This document shows positions 36,716-49,930 of a stretch of DNA of 64,000 nucleotides, piece after piece. Each line of letters starts with the position of its first letter. Position 1 is the first letter of the stretch. The stretch lies in the NCBI RefSeq assembly GCF_039654945.1, contig NW_027361750.1, forward strand, positions 12,028,001 through 12,092,000. The letters are read 5' to 3'. A program made the translations under genes and the position numbers. This DNA is from Dendrobates tinctorius. Taxonomy: Eukaryota. The notes under the pieces are model-generated. The model was not told the origin of the DNA. It did not search any database and saw only the letters and a program-made list of their open reading frames with translations.

Positions 36716-39700
36716 CAATGTGATAAAACACTCCGGGATCGGCTTTGCTGGGGTCAAAGGTCACGTGCGTTCAGCATGAAACTCAGGCGCAGAGCTGGGA
36801 TTCGGGTGTAAATGACCCTGGGTCAGGTTTATTAACGGTGAAAGCAATGCAAAAGGAAATAAAACATAAAACAAATCCTTGCCTGTCCGGCACTAACTAA
36901 ACAATGGACAACCTAACTACCAACTGGCGGGCTTCTCCCGTCCAGCCAAACCACAGTTGCAGTGGGCACTGCTCTCACTCACGTGTGTCTCTCACACAGA
37001 CAGGCTCTCTGTGTTCCCAGGCTGAGACACTCACACAACCACCTGGCATCCTTTTATATCCACCTCCCATTATTCATTAGCAAGCAGGTGCGATACTGAC
37101 CAGACTAGGCCACATAGGAAAGGAATCTGGGTGAGATATACCTGCCCTCATCCACTATTCCCACATGATTCTCACATATTTCTTTCATTTATTTTGCTAT
37201 TTTCTTTTTTTACTTTTTTACATCATCCCTCTATGGGACGTTAACTTTTATCACTCTGTTTGCTGGTATAATGCATTGCAATGCACTAATATTGCAATGC
37301 ATTATAACAGTCATGCTCTTTGCATGGTTTACACAGGCTGACATAGCCATAGCAACAATCAGGCCCTCGCGATCATATTTGACGATAGCGATGATTGAAT
37401 AAGAAAGGGAGCTCCTCTCCTAACCTCCTAAATGCTGCGATCACTATAATAATAACAATAACAATAATAATCTTTATTTATATAGCGCCAACATATTCCG
37501 CAGCGCTTTACAGTTTAATAGTTTCAAAACACAAGTCATAAGTAACAATGTTAACAATGCAATAATTAAAGCAAAATAAGGCGACCCTGCTCGTGAGAGC
37601 TTACAATCTACAATAAGGTGGGGGAGATACAAGGTACAGGTGTGTATTTACAATGGTGTAATTACAGTGATGGCCCAGCCATCTTGAGGGAGTCAGGGAT
37701 AGATGGAGATAGCCCATTCACTACACATGCACACTTACACATAGAATGACTTTGTTTACTGAATGTGATAGGCCGCTCTGAACAAATGTGTTTTGAGGGA
37801 GCACCTGAAACTATGCAAATTGTGGATAGTCCTAATTTCTTGAGGTAAAGCGTTCCAGAGGATTGGCGCAGCGCGGGAGAAGTCTTGGAGGTGGGAGTGG
37901 GAGGTACTGATTAGTGCAGAGGTTAGTCGAAAGTCATTTGCAGAGCGCAGCAGTCGGTTAGGCTGATAGACAGAAATGAGGGAGGAGATGTAGGGGGGTG
38001 CTGCACTGTGAAGAGCTTTGTGGATTAGAACAAGTACTTTGAATTGGATCCTATAATGAATGGGCAGCCAATGTAAGGACTGGCGAAGAGCGGATGTGTC
38101 CGAGTACCGATTTGCCAGATAGGTCATTGGTCACTTTGATGAGTGCAGTTTCAGTCAAATGTAGGGGGCGGAAGCCAGACTGTGAAGGGTCTAGAAGGGA
38201 GTGAGCGGAGAGGTAACGGGTAAGGCGGAGTAAACTAGGCGCTCCAAAAGTTTAGAGATGAAGGGGAGATTGGAGACTGGTCTGTAGTTGTTTGTGCAGG
38301 ATGGGTCGAGAGCAGGTTTCTTTAGTAATGGAGTAACGATGGCGTGTTTGTAGGAGGATGGGAAAATGCCTGAGGAGAGGGAGAGATTAAAGATTGTAGT
38401 TAGATGAGATGTGACGACTGGAGAGAGATACTGGAGGAGATGTGAGGGAATGGGGTCGGTAGTGCATGTAGTCGGAAGAGAGGAGTCTGGAGACTTCTTC
38501 TTCTGTGATGGCATCAAATGTGGAAAGTGAGCCAGGGGAGATGCAGGAAGGGATGTGAGTCACAGCACTTGGTGGTTGGGAGCAGATTTCCTGACGGATA
38601 TTATCTATTTTTTCTATAAAGTGGGAGGCCAGGTCATCAGCAGAAATGTCTGTGATAGGGGCTTGTGCTTTTGGCCAGAGGAGGGAGTGAAAAGTGTCAA
38701 AAAGTTTCTTGGGGTTGTTGGCTAGTGAGGAGATCAGGGTTTTGAAGTAAGTCTGCTTGGCGAGGTGAAGGGCAGCATTATAGGTTCTTAACATAAATTT
38801 GAAGTGGATGAAGTCTTCTGGTGTGCAGGTTTTTCTCCATAGGTGTTCAGCACTCCTAGAGCATCGCTGGAGAAGTTGAGCTTGCGATGTGAGCCAGGGT
38901 TGTTTTACTCTGTGGTTGGAGGTTCTGAGGGTGAGGGGAGCTACTTGGTCAAGGGTGCTTCTAAACGTGTCGTAGTGATGAACAGCCACATCAGGACAGG
39001 AAAAAGAGGAGATTGGGGACAGTGATGAGTGTAGGGAGTCTGAAAGTGTCTGAGGGTTAATGGCTTGTAGATTTCTGAATATGTGGTAGGTAGGAGTGAG
39101 CTGGGGTAGGTGAGGATTTGTGAGCGTGGATGAGAGAATGTTGTGGTCAGAGAGTGGAAGTGGTGAGTTATTTAGGTGGGAGATTGAACAGAGCCGGACA
39201 AAGACCAGATCAAGGATGTTACCGTCTTTGTGTGTCTCAGAGGTTAGTGATAGAAGCTGGGATGCAGATGTGGAAGTAGGGCTGTTAATGGGGATGTTGA
39301 AGTCTCCCAGGATAAGAGTTGGTAGTTCTGAGGACATGAAGTGCAGCAGCCAGGCTGAGAAGTGGTCAAGGAAGTGGGTGGGTGAGCCTGGGGGCTGGTA
39401 AATGACCGCTACTCTGAGGGGGAGGGGATGAAAGAGCCTGATGGTGTGGAGCTCAAAAGAAGGGAATGAAAGTGATGGAACCGGGGGATGATCTGGAAAG
39501 TGGATTGTTGGGACAGGAGTATGCTGACTCCACCACCAAGTCTGTTTGTGGGTCTCGGGGAATGGGAGAATTGTAAGCCACCATAGGAAATGGCAGCAGG
39601 AGAGACAGTGTCAGAATCCTGAATCCAGGTTTCAGTGAGGGCCAACAGATTAAGAGAGTTGTTTAGAAAGTAGTTGTGCAGGAAAGGAAGCTTGTTACAA

Positions 39701-39844
39701 ACAGACCATGGATTCCAGAGGGCACAATTAAAAGATGGACATGAGGGAGTGCAAGTAATATTAATAAGATTATTATGGTTTCGATATGAGGTAGTGTAGG
39801 GGTTGAGGTTGGGGGATGGTGGACCAGGGTTGGGGGAGATGCCA

Positions 39845-40668
39845 TCTCAAATACAATTTTTGAAAGGGTCTAAAGTAATCTCATATATGTATATCCCCTA
39901 AAATGATACTTTATTAATTAAAAACCACAAATGTGGTAAACACACCAAAGAAAAAAAAGTGACCAAAAATAAAAGAAAAAAGTGTTCAAACAGAGACACT
40001 AAGGTGACACCTAGGAATCCCTGATGTATTCCTGAGCTTGAGTCTGCCTGTCCGCAGAGGTTGGCACCCTACGGGGGAACGTTGTGGCGCCCCCGCTCAA
40101 CGATGACTGTCCCTAGGGGCCCTGATGTACCCTACAGCCACTAGTAGTCCCCTCTACCCAATAATAAAGGGGACCTCTATTTCTAGACAGAGACCAATCT
40201 GCTCTAAAGAGGGCCCTGTGTCCCAAAGAAAGAGGTTAAAAATAGAACACACATGGCATCAGGTGGTATACTTGGATACTGATTTGAATTACAATGCCCC
40301 ACATACGATATCAACAGTGAGACACCATGCACAAGATAATGGGAGTCAAAACCGGACACTTTAAGTAGATTCAGTGTTGCCACGGTCTCACAAGCATAAG
40401 ATCTCTTAATATAGACAGAGAAATGTATCAATAAACTGGCAATTTAACCAGTATGGCACAAGATTAGAAATAGTATCCCATTATTAAATATATTAGCATC
40501 CCATTAGGAGCAACAAGATAAACACAGAACTGCCACAGCGATACTCATCTGTGTTTATCGCCACCTGCCATCAATTGGTTAACGCCTCAACGCGTTTCGC
40601 CTGAGTTGGCTCATCAGAAGGCCCGATAGTACGATATCTTGTGTCCCATGACGGTGCAATAGCCAACA
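39845..40668 (-). mobile_element. 824-bp non-coding hammerhead-bearing retroposed element (PLE pLTR fragment or retrozyme-like)
   Basis: 13-bp TSD gggggagatgcca at 39832-39844 and 40669-40681; hammerhead present; AATAAA about 65 nt before the minus-strand 3' end. Confidence 0.8.
40584..40622 (-). ncRNA. Minimal type-I hammerhead ribozyme
   Basis: GCCUU-CUGAUGA-GCC(aacuca)GGC-GAAACGCGUU-GAGGC. Confidence 0.85.
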
Positions 40669-41149
40669 GGGGGAGATGCCACCTGAAATCAATAGGAGTA
40701 GGAAGATAAAGAGCAAGTCGTTGTTGGAATTGTAAGTAGTTTTTTTCTGCGATGTGTTTGGGCAAGATGGGCTGAGGTTTCTCAGAAAGGTGAGGAGTGT
40801 GTAGGAGCTGTACATGGGAGAGGAAAGTATAGAAGGGCTGATGTGTTTGAGTCGTGATGGAGGGGGGATGGGGTGGTGAATGTGGATGGCAAGGGAGCAC
40901 AGGAGGATAGAAATAAAGCACATGGATAAAGGGAGTGCAAAGTGTGGGTTACCTGCAGCATTTAGTGGTTTAAATGGCCCTGGGCGGCGCATGAAAGCCG
41001 GAGGTCGTGCATTATTCACGCCATGCTCCCAGCTGTGATCATGCAGGCACAGCGGCTTACCTAAATGGTCGTGAAGGGGTTAAACAACAACCACTGTTTT
41101 AATTTTTATTTCATAAATCAATACTGCACATGAAAATGAGCAACTTTGT

Positions 41150-41500
41150 ATATATCTTTTCAGAAAAAATAGCTTCTTTTTCAACCAAAATTGGCCAGCC
41201 ATTATCAAAATTCTCAATTCTGATGTAAAATCTATATGCAGTGAAGACAGACTTTCCCATTACTGAGATAGGAGATGGCGGCTGCTACGGATACCATTCT
41301 CTGTAGATGGGAATAGGCAGGAGCTAGAAACATAGCTCCTCCCTCCTCGATGTCTCCCTCCTATCTAGATAGAATCTCCTGAGTAGCAGCTGCCATCCCC
41401 TATCTTAGTAATGTAACAATTTGTCTTCACTGAATACAGATTTTTGATGACTGATCAATTGTGCAAAGAAAGAAGCAAATTTCTCTGATAAGATGTAAAA
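41150..41500. mobile_element. Foldback MITE
   Basis: cagtgaagaca...gatagg..gatggcggctgctac versus gtagcagctgccatc..ctatc...tgtcttcactg. Confidence 0.7.
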
Positions 41501-42134
41501 AATAGAAATCATACGACGGTTACTCTTTAACTGAAATACATATTCTGGGACCGGTAGATCACATATTTCCCTTTGGTTTTGTGTATGCCAGTCAGTGATT
41601 TGTATTAGAGTCTACCAAGAGCTGTAGATTTCTTCAGAAAATCTAGGACTTGATGTCAATGATAATTAAAAGGATAAAAGTAGGGTTAAATAGCTTTCCA
41701 TCTCCCTAATTCCTACTGACACCAGGGTGTACCACTTCATGACTGTTTATGACCTCACTGTTAACAGTTCCTTATTTTCCATAAATAGTTAATGACCTCT
41801 TCACCGTTTATTAACTGGAGTCACGCTTCTTCATTGTGTACTCAGCTTTGCCCTTCTGAGTTCATAGCCAATTTCTCAATACATTTACACTTCAATAAAC
41901 TCATGTCTTATTGTAATATATTATTGTAATCTTATCTTATTTCAATAGTCACACTTACCATAAAGTCTAAGCTGAGGTTTTGTCATAGTTCCACTTTAGA
42001 GATGTGGCCAAACAATAATGGAGATATCTAACCTTTGGCATTCATTAGAAATAAAATCTGATTACTAATAGTTCTCATATTACTGAATTTGCTTTGATTA
42101 GTCTACTTACTCCTCAATTTAAACCAGCAACATA

Positions 42135-42800
42135 CAGGTGCGCCTCACAAAATTAGAATATCATCAAAAATTACAATACAAAATTCAATACTTCAATACA
42201 AAACGTGAAACTCATATATTATATAGTTGTTATAAACAGAGTGATGTATTTCAAGTGTTTATTTCTGTTCATGTTGGTGATTATGGCTTACAGCCAATGA
42301 AAACCCAAAAGTCATTATCTCCCCAAATTAGAATACTTTATAACACCAGCTTGAAAAATGATTTTAAAATCCGAAATCTTGGCCTACTGAAACGTATATT
42401 AAGTAAATGCAATCAATACTTGGTCGGGTCTCCTTTGGGTCTATGGGGTTAAGGTCAGGTGAGTTTGCTGGCCAATCAGACACAGTGATAATGTTGTTTT
42501 TAAACCAGGTATTGGTACTTTTGGCAGTGTGGACAGGTGCCAAGTCCTGCTGGAGAATGAAATTTCCATCTCCAAAAAGCTTATCGGCAGAGGGAAGCAT
42601 GAAGTGCTCTAAAATTTACTGGCAGACTACTGCGCTGACTTTGGTCTTGATAAAACACAGTGGACCTACACCAGCAGATGACATGGCTCCCCAAATCATC
42701 ACTGATTGTGGAAACTTCACGCTAGACTTTGGAACTCAAGGTCCCAGAGTCTGGAGGAAGAGTGGAGAGGCACACAATCCAAGCTTCTTGAGGTCTAGTT
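42135..42800 (-). mobile_element. Tc1 fragment (one TIR plus 3' transposase)
   Basis: ta-caggtgcgcctcacaaaattagaatatcat end; ORF 42364-42600 with QQD and WPANSPDLNPI. Confidence 0.8.
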
Positions 42801-43187
42801 TTTATCTTAGGTATTGTCTGTTAGGGGGGCACAGTGTGAATGTGCACCTACACGCTGCACTTATACAACATATGCTCTAACTCATTTCTTTGGTTTTGCT
42901 TTATTTTTTTGTACTTTGTACACACAGTGGTATTGCCCACTCCTTTCAGGGCTGGGCCTTTTGTCCACAGGTAGATGTCTAAACTGATGGGCCGGGATCC
43001 TGCTCTGGCCCCAAAGGTCTGTTAAGGTCTGCTGACATAAATTGACTTTTAATATTAGAGATAGGACCATCCCAATTAGGTGCATTTTGTATACCTTGAT
43101 ATTACTGAATAAACACAATATACAAAGACCAAGACTTATATTACCACCATGATAGACACCCATTTTGCAGACAAAATAATGGGTTAT

Positions 43188-43875
43188 CATAGAATTATAG
43201 AATGTTATAGTTGGAAGGGATCTTCAAGGCCATTGTGTCCAACCCCCTGTGCAATGCCGGATTCACTAAATCATCCCAGACAGATGTCTGTCCAGTCTCT
43301 GTTTGAAGATTTCCATTGAAGGAGAACTTACCACCTCTCGTGGCAGCCTGTTCCACTAGTTGATCCCCCTCACAGTCAAAAAGTTTTTCTAATATCTAAT
43401 CTGTGTCTCCTCCCACTCAGTTTCATCCCATTGCTTCTAGTCTTTCCTTGTGCAAATGAGAATAAAGCTCATCCGTCTACAGTGTGACAGCCCTTCAGAT
43501 ATTTGTAGACAGCTATTAAGTCTCCTCTCAGTCTTCTCTTTGAAAGCTATACATTCCCAAATCCTCTAATCGGTCCTCATAGGACATGGTTTGCGGACCG
43601 GTCACCATTCTGGTCGCTCTTCTCTGAACTTGCTCCAGTTTGTTGATGTATTTTTTAAAATGTGGTGCCCAAAACTGGATAAAGTATTCCAGATGAGGTC
43701 TGACCAAAGAGGAGTAGAGAGGGATAATGACTTCACTTGATCTAGACTGTATGCTTCTGTTAATATATATCCCAGAATTGTATTTGCCTTTTTTGATGAT
43801 GCATCACACTGTTGATTCATGCTCAGTCTGTGATCTATTAGTATAGCCAAGTCTTTTTCACATGTGCTGTTGCTT
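43188..43875 (-). mobile_element. CR1 LINE 3' fragment
   Basis: catagaat repeat tail; reverse-complement similarity to 54128-54645; MNQQCDASSKKAN RT segment. Confidence 0.85.
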
Positions 43876-46864
43876 TTTAAAATATGGTGCCCAGAAAGGT
43901 GGGCTACAGTGTAGTTATTTATAATGACTCACATGTACTTTCTGATTGGAGTCTTTCGTATTTCCCATCTTTTCCTCATGGATCAGACCAACATGACAAC
44001 TTCTCCTTGCCAATCATTTGCCTGTATAATTTTCAACTTCTTACCTTTGATTTTTTACCTTCCAGCATCTATTCACAACCTACACAAACTTCCCATCCTG
44101 CTGTCACTCCCAATCCAATGCTGAGCCTATTGCTGCCTTGTTTGTCCATATTACTGCATCTACGGTGTGGCTCAGTGCCATAAAATACTTTACTTTAGAA
44201 ATATTCATGCCATTACTATAATTAGCCTCTCAAAATGTGCTACAACAGCAGTCCCCATGAAAACAATAATTCTATACTTATGAAGTAATAATGCTGAAAG
44301 TGCTCCATGTCAAGAAAATTTCTGCAAGTGCCCCTTTAAAGTAATAATGCCCTGAAATCCCTTTATGAAGTAATAATATCCTACGTGCACCTTATAAAGT
44401 GATAAAGCACTAAATACTTTTTACAACACAATAGTGCCCTTTAAAAATTAAGGCTGACCCAGGAGTGCCCCCATAAAGCAATAATGCCCCATGGCTATGC
44501 GCACTCCCTTAAAAGTACTAATGACCCATAAGTGCCCAATTATGTAATTGTAAGGGCGAACTCTAAGTGGAAACCTGGCAGCTCTTAGCATGGCTTCCAT
44601 GGACAGACCTTGATCAATTCTCCTTGGCCTTAATTCTTTAAAGGTAGTCTTTAACCCACAAAACACAAACTAAACCACTTAAACATTCATATATTGACCT
44701 AGCACATATAAAAACTATACCTGTAGTAAAAATTCCACTAATTGCAATTTATATAGAAACCATTTTATTATATATGTAAATGAGAGGACCTTGTTGCAAC
44801 CGTGTAGCCATGTGCTCTGTGCATCATTCCGCCCCCTCAATTACCATCTCCGTACATCAACTTATCTTAATGGACAGCACAGCACATGCTTTAGAATATG
44901 GCTTGAATGTAATCCTTATCCCTGCACACACTGACACTGCAGAAGCTGAGAACACACCCAGCGTCAATGCATGCACCTGTCTGGAGCGTCCACTCACTGA
45001 AAACAGGATCGCACAGTAGCAGACAGTCGATGCTAACAGGAAAGAGAAAAGAGAATGCAAGCACACTGACACTGTGTGTGCCCTCTCAGCCCCTGTAGTG
45101 TCAGTGTGTGCTCATTTACATTTCCTGCCAGGGTCACTAACTCTTTGCTAAGTTGTCTTGTGACTGCTGCAGATGAGAGGGAGGAATCAGCACACCAGCA
45201 CCGTGTCAGTGTGGCAGAGTTTTGGAGGTGACAGGCTTCCTCTATACAGAGATCTGGACTTGCAACTGGGTTCCCTGGGTTACATCCAAGGAGTAGTTGC
45301 TGGCTGGTGGAGTGAGCTGACAGAGAACAGATGACTGGCCAGGTCAAAGTGAGCAGGTACAAGACAATCAGGATATAGAGGTATGGAAACAAGGAGAGTT
45401 AGATAACCAAGCTCAGAACTAGAAGGAAGTAGATAGAGGCAGAATCATTATCCAGACAGTCAGTCCATCAACAGGAAAGGAATTAAAGCAAACAGAGTTA
45501 TAGATGTAAGAGCAATAGAAGAATCAACCCGGGTCAGTATGTAGAGTGCTTATAACTGACAACTACCATCAGTAATCAGCGAAATTACATACGGTGTGTT
45601 ACTGTCCCATTGGCCACAGCAAGAATCTGATTTCCTGCTGAACTGCTGGACAACACACACATTCATTCTACATCACTTGGTGGTTCTAAAAGTCCCAGCC
45701 ACACCAGTATCTCAGTATCTCTGGCTGGACATTACCTCTGCTGCCAAAAGCTAATGGCCATAATGTCTCTTCCATTTCCAACGCTACTGGCAGAATTAAT
45801 ACAGTGTCATCTGGAGAGAGAAGAAGGCATCACTGGAGCAGATATAGGAAGATATGTCATGATAATGATGCCTCTTGAGTGCTCACTTAAGTAATAATGC
45901 CATCTCAGTGCACTCCAAAAAGTAGCACGGATTTCCGAAAAAGATTAATATCTCAAATGCTCCTCAAATGTAATACTGCTTCAAGTGCTCTTAGAAAATT
46001 ATTGTGTATCAACTGGCTGCTTAGAAGGAATAATGCCCTGGAAAAAAATGCTTGTTTAACTGGTCAACCAGCAGAATTGAACAGCTAATGTCTAAGTCCA
46101 AGCTGAGTGATACAGAGATGTCATTTAGATACCTGTACCGGGATTTTGACGTTCTGTGTGTTCTGTTGACAACAGGCATTAAGCAACCTGTGGCCTACCA
46201 AGCAAACGGTGCTTTACCATGTGTTTAAACCATTTTGACATCTTGTGGACATTGTGATGCAGTTGAGAGTGGCACTCACCATGAAATCCTGTTGGGCCAA
46301 ACTGTGTAAGTGGGGCTGTGGTGGTGCTTCATACATTTGTCCTCCCTACTGGCTATGAAATTGCTTCATATTTTTAGCTTTTTTTTTACATTTTTGCATT
46401 AATGACAAAGGCTTGCATATTTGAAATAAAAATAAATTAATATTTCTGCCAATAGCACCTTAAACACTGATAAATGAAAACGTTATAATTGTCAAACATG
46501 AAATGTATACATGAAATGTATACAGGCTTTTTTGTAAGGGTACTGCTACACAATGATTTTCTTTCACTTTCAAGACAGTGCAAGAAAAGAAAACGTCCAA
46601 TAATGTAAGATGTGAGTAAACAGTTGAGATTTAAGTGAAGTTAATACCCAAAAGGGACATTAAAGTTGAGTGATTAGGAGGGCTTCTTCTGCTTAGGGAA
46701 AGTGTACTAGAGATCTCAGATTGACCCTTGGCATGTACAAGCCCTTTGAAATTGATGGTTCTCCTAGCAGAGACAAGGTCAGGTTTGATCTGATTCACAA
46801 ACAAAACTCACACATTGCAATGAATAGATCTGTGATGTGAACCAGACAGCCCATGTATGCCAAT

Positions 46865-47163
46865 TAGTGATGAGCGAGCATACTCGTTGCTCGGGTTTTC
46901 CCGAGCATGCTCGGGTGATCTCCGAGTATTTTGGCGTGATCGGACATTTAATGTTTGTCGACACAGCTGCATGATTTATGGCTGAATGCATGTGTGGAAT
47001 TCCTAACAGACAGGCAATCCCCACATGTATTCAGGCTGTCTAGCAGCCACAAATCATGCAGTTGCGTCAACAAACTCTAAATCTTCGAGCACGCCAAAAT
47101 ACTCGGCGATCACCCGAGCATGCTAGGGAAAACCAGAGCAATGAATATACTCACTCATCACTA
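46865..47163. mobile_element. Palindromic hAT MITE
   Basis: tagtgatgagcgag...ctcactcatcacta; 8-bp TSD atgccaat/atgcctat. Confidence 0.85.
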
Positions 47164-47637
47164 ATGCCTATGTCATTGCATCATGTCTGTTTCAAATACA
47201 AATGTAAAATGCAAAAGAAAGAAAAAAGGATCTGAAAAAACAGAACTTCTGTATGAGAATATATCAGGAGGTAGAAATTACAAAGGAGAAATGTGGAACT
47301 CACACCCTGTGAGTGGCTTGAAGACCACTCAAAATTGCAACCAAGCCTTCAATGAATTGTAGTTAGCCTACAGCTTTCACCCAGACATCTACCTGGACAC
47401 CGCAAAGAGAGGACAGAACAAACAGGAAAAAAGAAGAAGCGCCAAGTGACAATTCATAAAGCATAGAAGGCTAAAATGTAGGAAAATCAGATGGCACGGG
47501 GGAGGCAGGTAGCCTCAGGTAGCCTCCAACTTCTTTATTCTGGTGTAAAGGAACCCCATTAGCCATATCTTGATTTTGGATTAAATCATAGTGTCTCACA
47601 ACACTTCTCTTTGGAGCATAACAATCACTCTAATATC

Positions 47638-48630
47638 TTAAATCCTTCATGACCGGAGGTATTTTCATTTTTGTGTTTTCGTTTTCTGCTCTCCTTTTTG
47701 TGGAACAAATTGTACTTTTGAACGACACCATTGGTTTTAATATGTTGTGTACTGGAAAATGGGAAAAAAATTCCAAATGCGGTGAAATTGCAAAAAAGTG
47801 CAATTCCACAGTTGTTTTTTGTTTTTTTTTCTAACCTATGTTCACTAAATGTTAAAACTGACCTGCCATTATGATTCTCCAGGTCCTTACAAGTTCATAG
47901 ACACCAAATATGTCAACTGTAGGTTCTTTTTTATTTAAGTGGTGAAAAAAAATCCATTTTCCAAGACCTGTAGCATCTCCATTTCTCGTGATCTGGGGTT
48001 GGGTGAGGGCTTATTTTTTGCATGCCGAGTTGATGTTTTTGTTGATACCATTTTGGTGTAGACACGATCTTTTGATCATCCGTTATTGCTTTTTATTGCA
48101 ATGTAGCGGTGACCAAAAAAAGGTAATTCTGATGTTTTGAAGTTTTTCTCATTACGACGTTTAGTGAACAGGTTAATTCTTTATTTATATTGATAGATCT
48201 GGTGATTCTGAATGTGGTGATACCAAATATGTGTAAGTTTGAATTTTTGAATTGTTTTATTTTCAATGGGGCAAAAGGGGGGCAATTTAAACTTTTATTT
48301 GTTTTTTTTTAATTTTTTAAAACTTTTTTTTACTTTTTGCATGCTTCAATAGTCTCCATGGGAGACTAGGAACCTGCAGTGGTATGATTGCCTCTGCTCC
48401 ACACAGGCGATGATCAGATCGCCTGTGTGTAGCAGAAATGCTCACTTGCTATGACTGTCGACCACCGGGCGATGTTGATAGCAATCTGGCTATGACAGCA
48501 ATAGAGATCTGCTGGAGACCTCTGGTTGTCATGCCAACCCATCGGTGATCCACGATCGTGTGAAGGAGTCATCGATGGGAGGGATTTCCGGCACGCTTCC
48601 GGTAAGCACAAGTTAAATGCCGCTGTCATT
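47638..48630. mobile_element. Partial TTAA-type non-autonomous element related to 25070-41079
   Basis: ttaaatccttcatgacc start and similar T-rich internal blocks. Confidence 0.5.
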
Positions 48631-49603
48631 CCGCTGGGACTATGTGCATGGAGAGCAGTGAATATTCATTGCTCTTTAATATCGGGCACAGTGTTAGCCG
48701 CAGCCATCAGCTTTGTCATTTCAAGACTTTTTTTTTAATTTTGGTCCTCATCAAAGAAAAAAATCTGATAATTCCATCCACGCCTACAGGAAAGTCCTCT
48801 TGCCAACGTTTCCAAAGCAATTGCCAAGCTTTACGCTTCTCAATTAAAATTTTGATTGTAAAAAAAAACCACACTCCTTAATATTTACTATATATAAATC
48901 CATTTATAAAAAGTGTAATATTGCTTTAATATTTTAATAACCTAGAGGAAACATTTGCATTCAGTATTAACTGTATCAAGTGTACAGGCATGTCCCAGTG
49001 ATCTTAGCACAACACAGCAATACCCAGGTCCTTTATGTACATATGAGGGAGCAGTTAACAGAATGCAATGAAATGAGCCAGAAATATTTCACATTTTGTT
49101 GGCATCTGTGAGCATTGCAATATGAGAACCATATGACTACGGGCAGATTGGTAGATCAGCTCAAGCATGTGCAGTACATCTTGACCTATGTCTGTTGGAT
49201 GGAACACTTGGTTTTCTCCTTTATTTTCAGTTCACTTGTGAGAACAGTTTTAGGATAACAGATTTGAGCATCACATGTCCTTGTGTAAGAAATAATAAAT
49301 ATGTGTAAAATAAAAGGATTTTTAACAATTTTCCATTATAAACTTGGTTGAAATTGTTTTTACAGTACAACAAAATAAATGAATGTTTGTAGCTATTGGG
49401 GCTCATCATTACACATATATAGGTTTACTATAAAAATAAAAAAAACCTAGAGGATGATATGTATTTTTGCTTTGATAGTCTAGTCGAAGGGACTGTAAAA
49501 CTGAGAACATTTAAAAATAAAAATTGATGTGCTTTACAGACACTGATTTTGTCAATTGTTGCCTTTATTGTTTCCTATGTTCACACACTATTTTTCATTG
49601 TCT

Positions 49604-49930
49604 CATAGTTTTAAGGTTGAAGGTAGATACAAGTCCATCAAGTTCAACCTATAACCTAACATATTGATCCAGAGGAAGCCAAAAAACCCATAAGGCCAAT
49701 GCTAATTTCCTTATATTAGGGGAAAAATTCCTTCCCAACTTCATATATGGCAATCGGACTCTAGTTCCCTACATCAATGACCCATAGCAGAATCTAGTAT
49801 GCATAACCAGTAATATTATATTTTCAAGAAAGGCTTCCTTTTACTATTGTAGCGAATAAACCACTACAACATCATGTGGCAGAGCGTATCATAGTCCCAC
49901 TGCTCTTACAGTAAAGAATCTGCATCTGTA
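49604..49930 (-). mobile_element. CR1-like LINE 3' fragment
   Basis: catag...ggttgaagg..gtccatcaagttcaacc 3'-end pattern. Confidence 0.5.

Larger units (their letters stand above)
31955..37176 (-). mobile_element. Full-length Gmr1-type Ty3/Gypsy LTR retrotransposon
   Basis: 458-bp LTRs at 31955-32412 and 36719-37176 (TG...CA), TSD tatt, PBS, PPT, single gag-pol ORF. Confidence 0.97.
37447..40950 (-). mobile_element. L2-clade LINE, decayed and internally deleted, interrupted at 39845-40668
   Basis: APE motifs (ALTETW, LILGDFN, LDLVF, LSDH), RT start ([16 protein letters not shown]), LHWLPI C-terminus, simple-repeat tail, LLLISG-ISP leader. Confidence 0.9.
25070..41079. mobile_element. Large TTAA-flanked non-autonomous DNA element (piggyBac-like ends) hosting nested insertions
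   Basis: ttaa-tcccttcac at 25066 and gtgaagggg-ttaa at 41071-41083. Internal subrepeats resume on both sides of the nested elements. The hairpin ctaaatgctgc/gcagcatttag is split by the L2. Confidence 0.6.
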
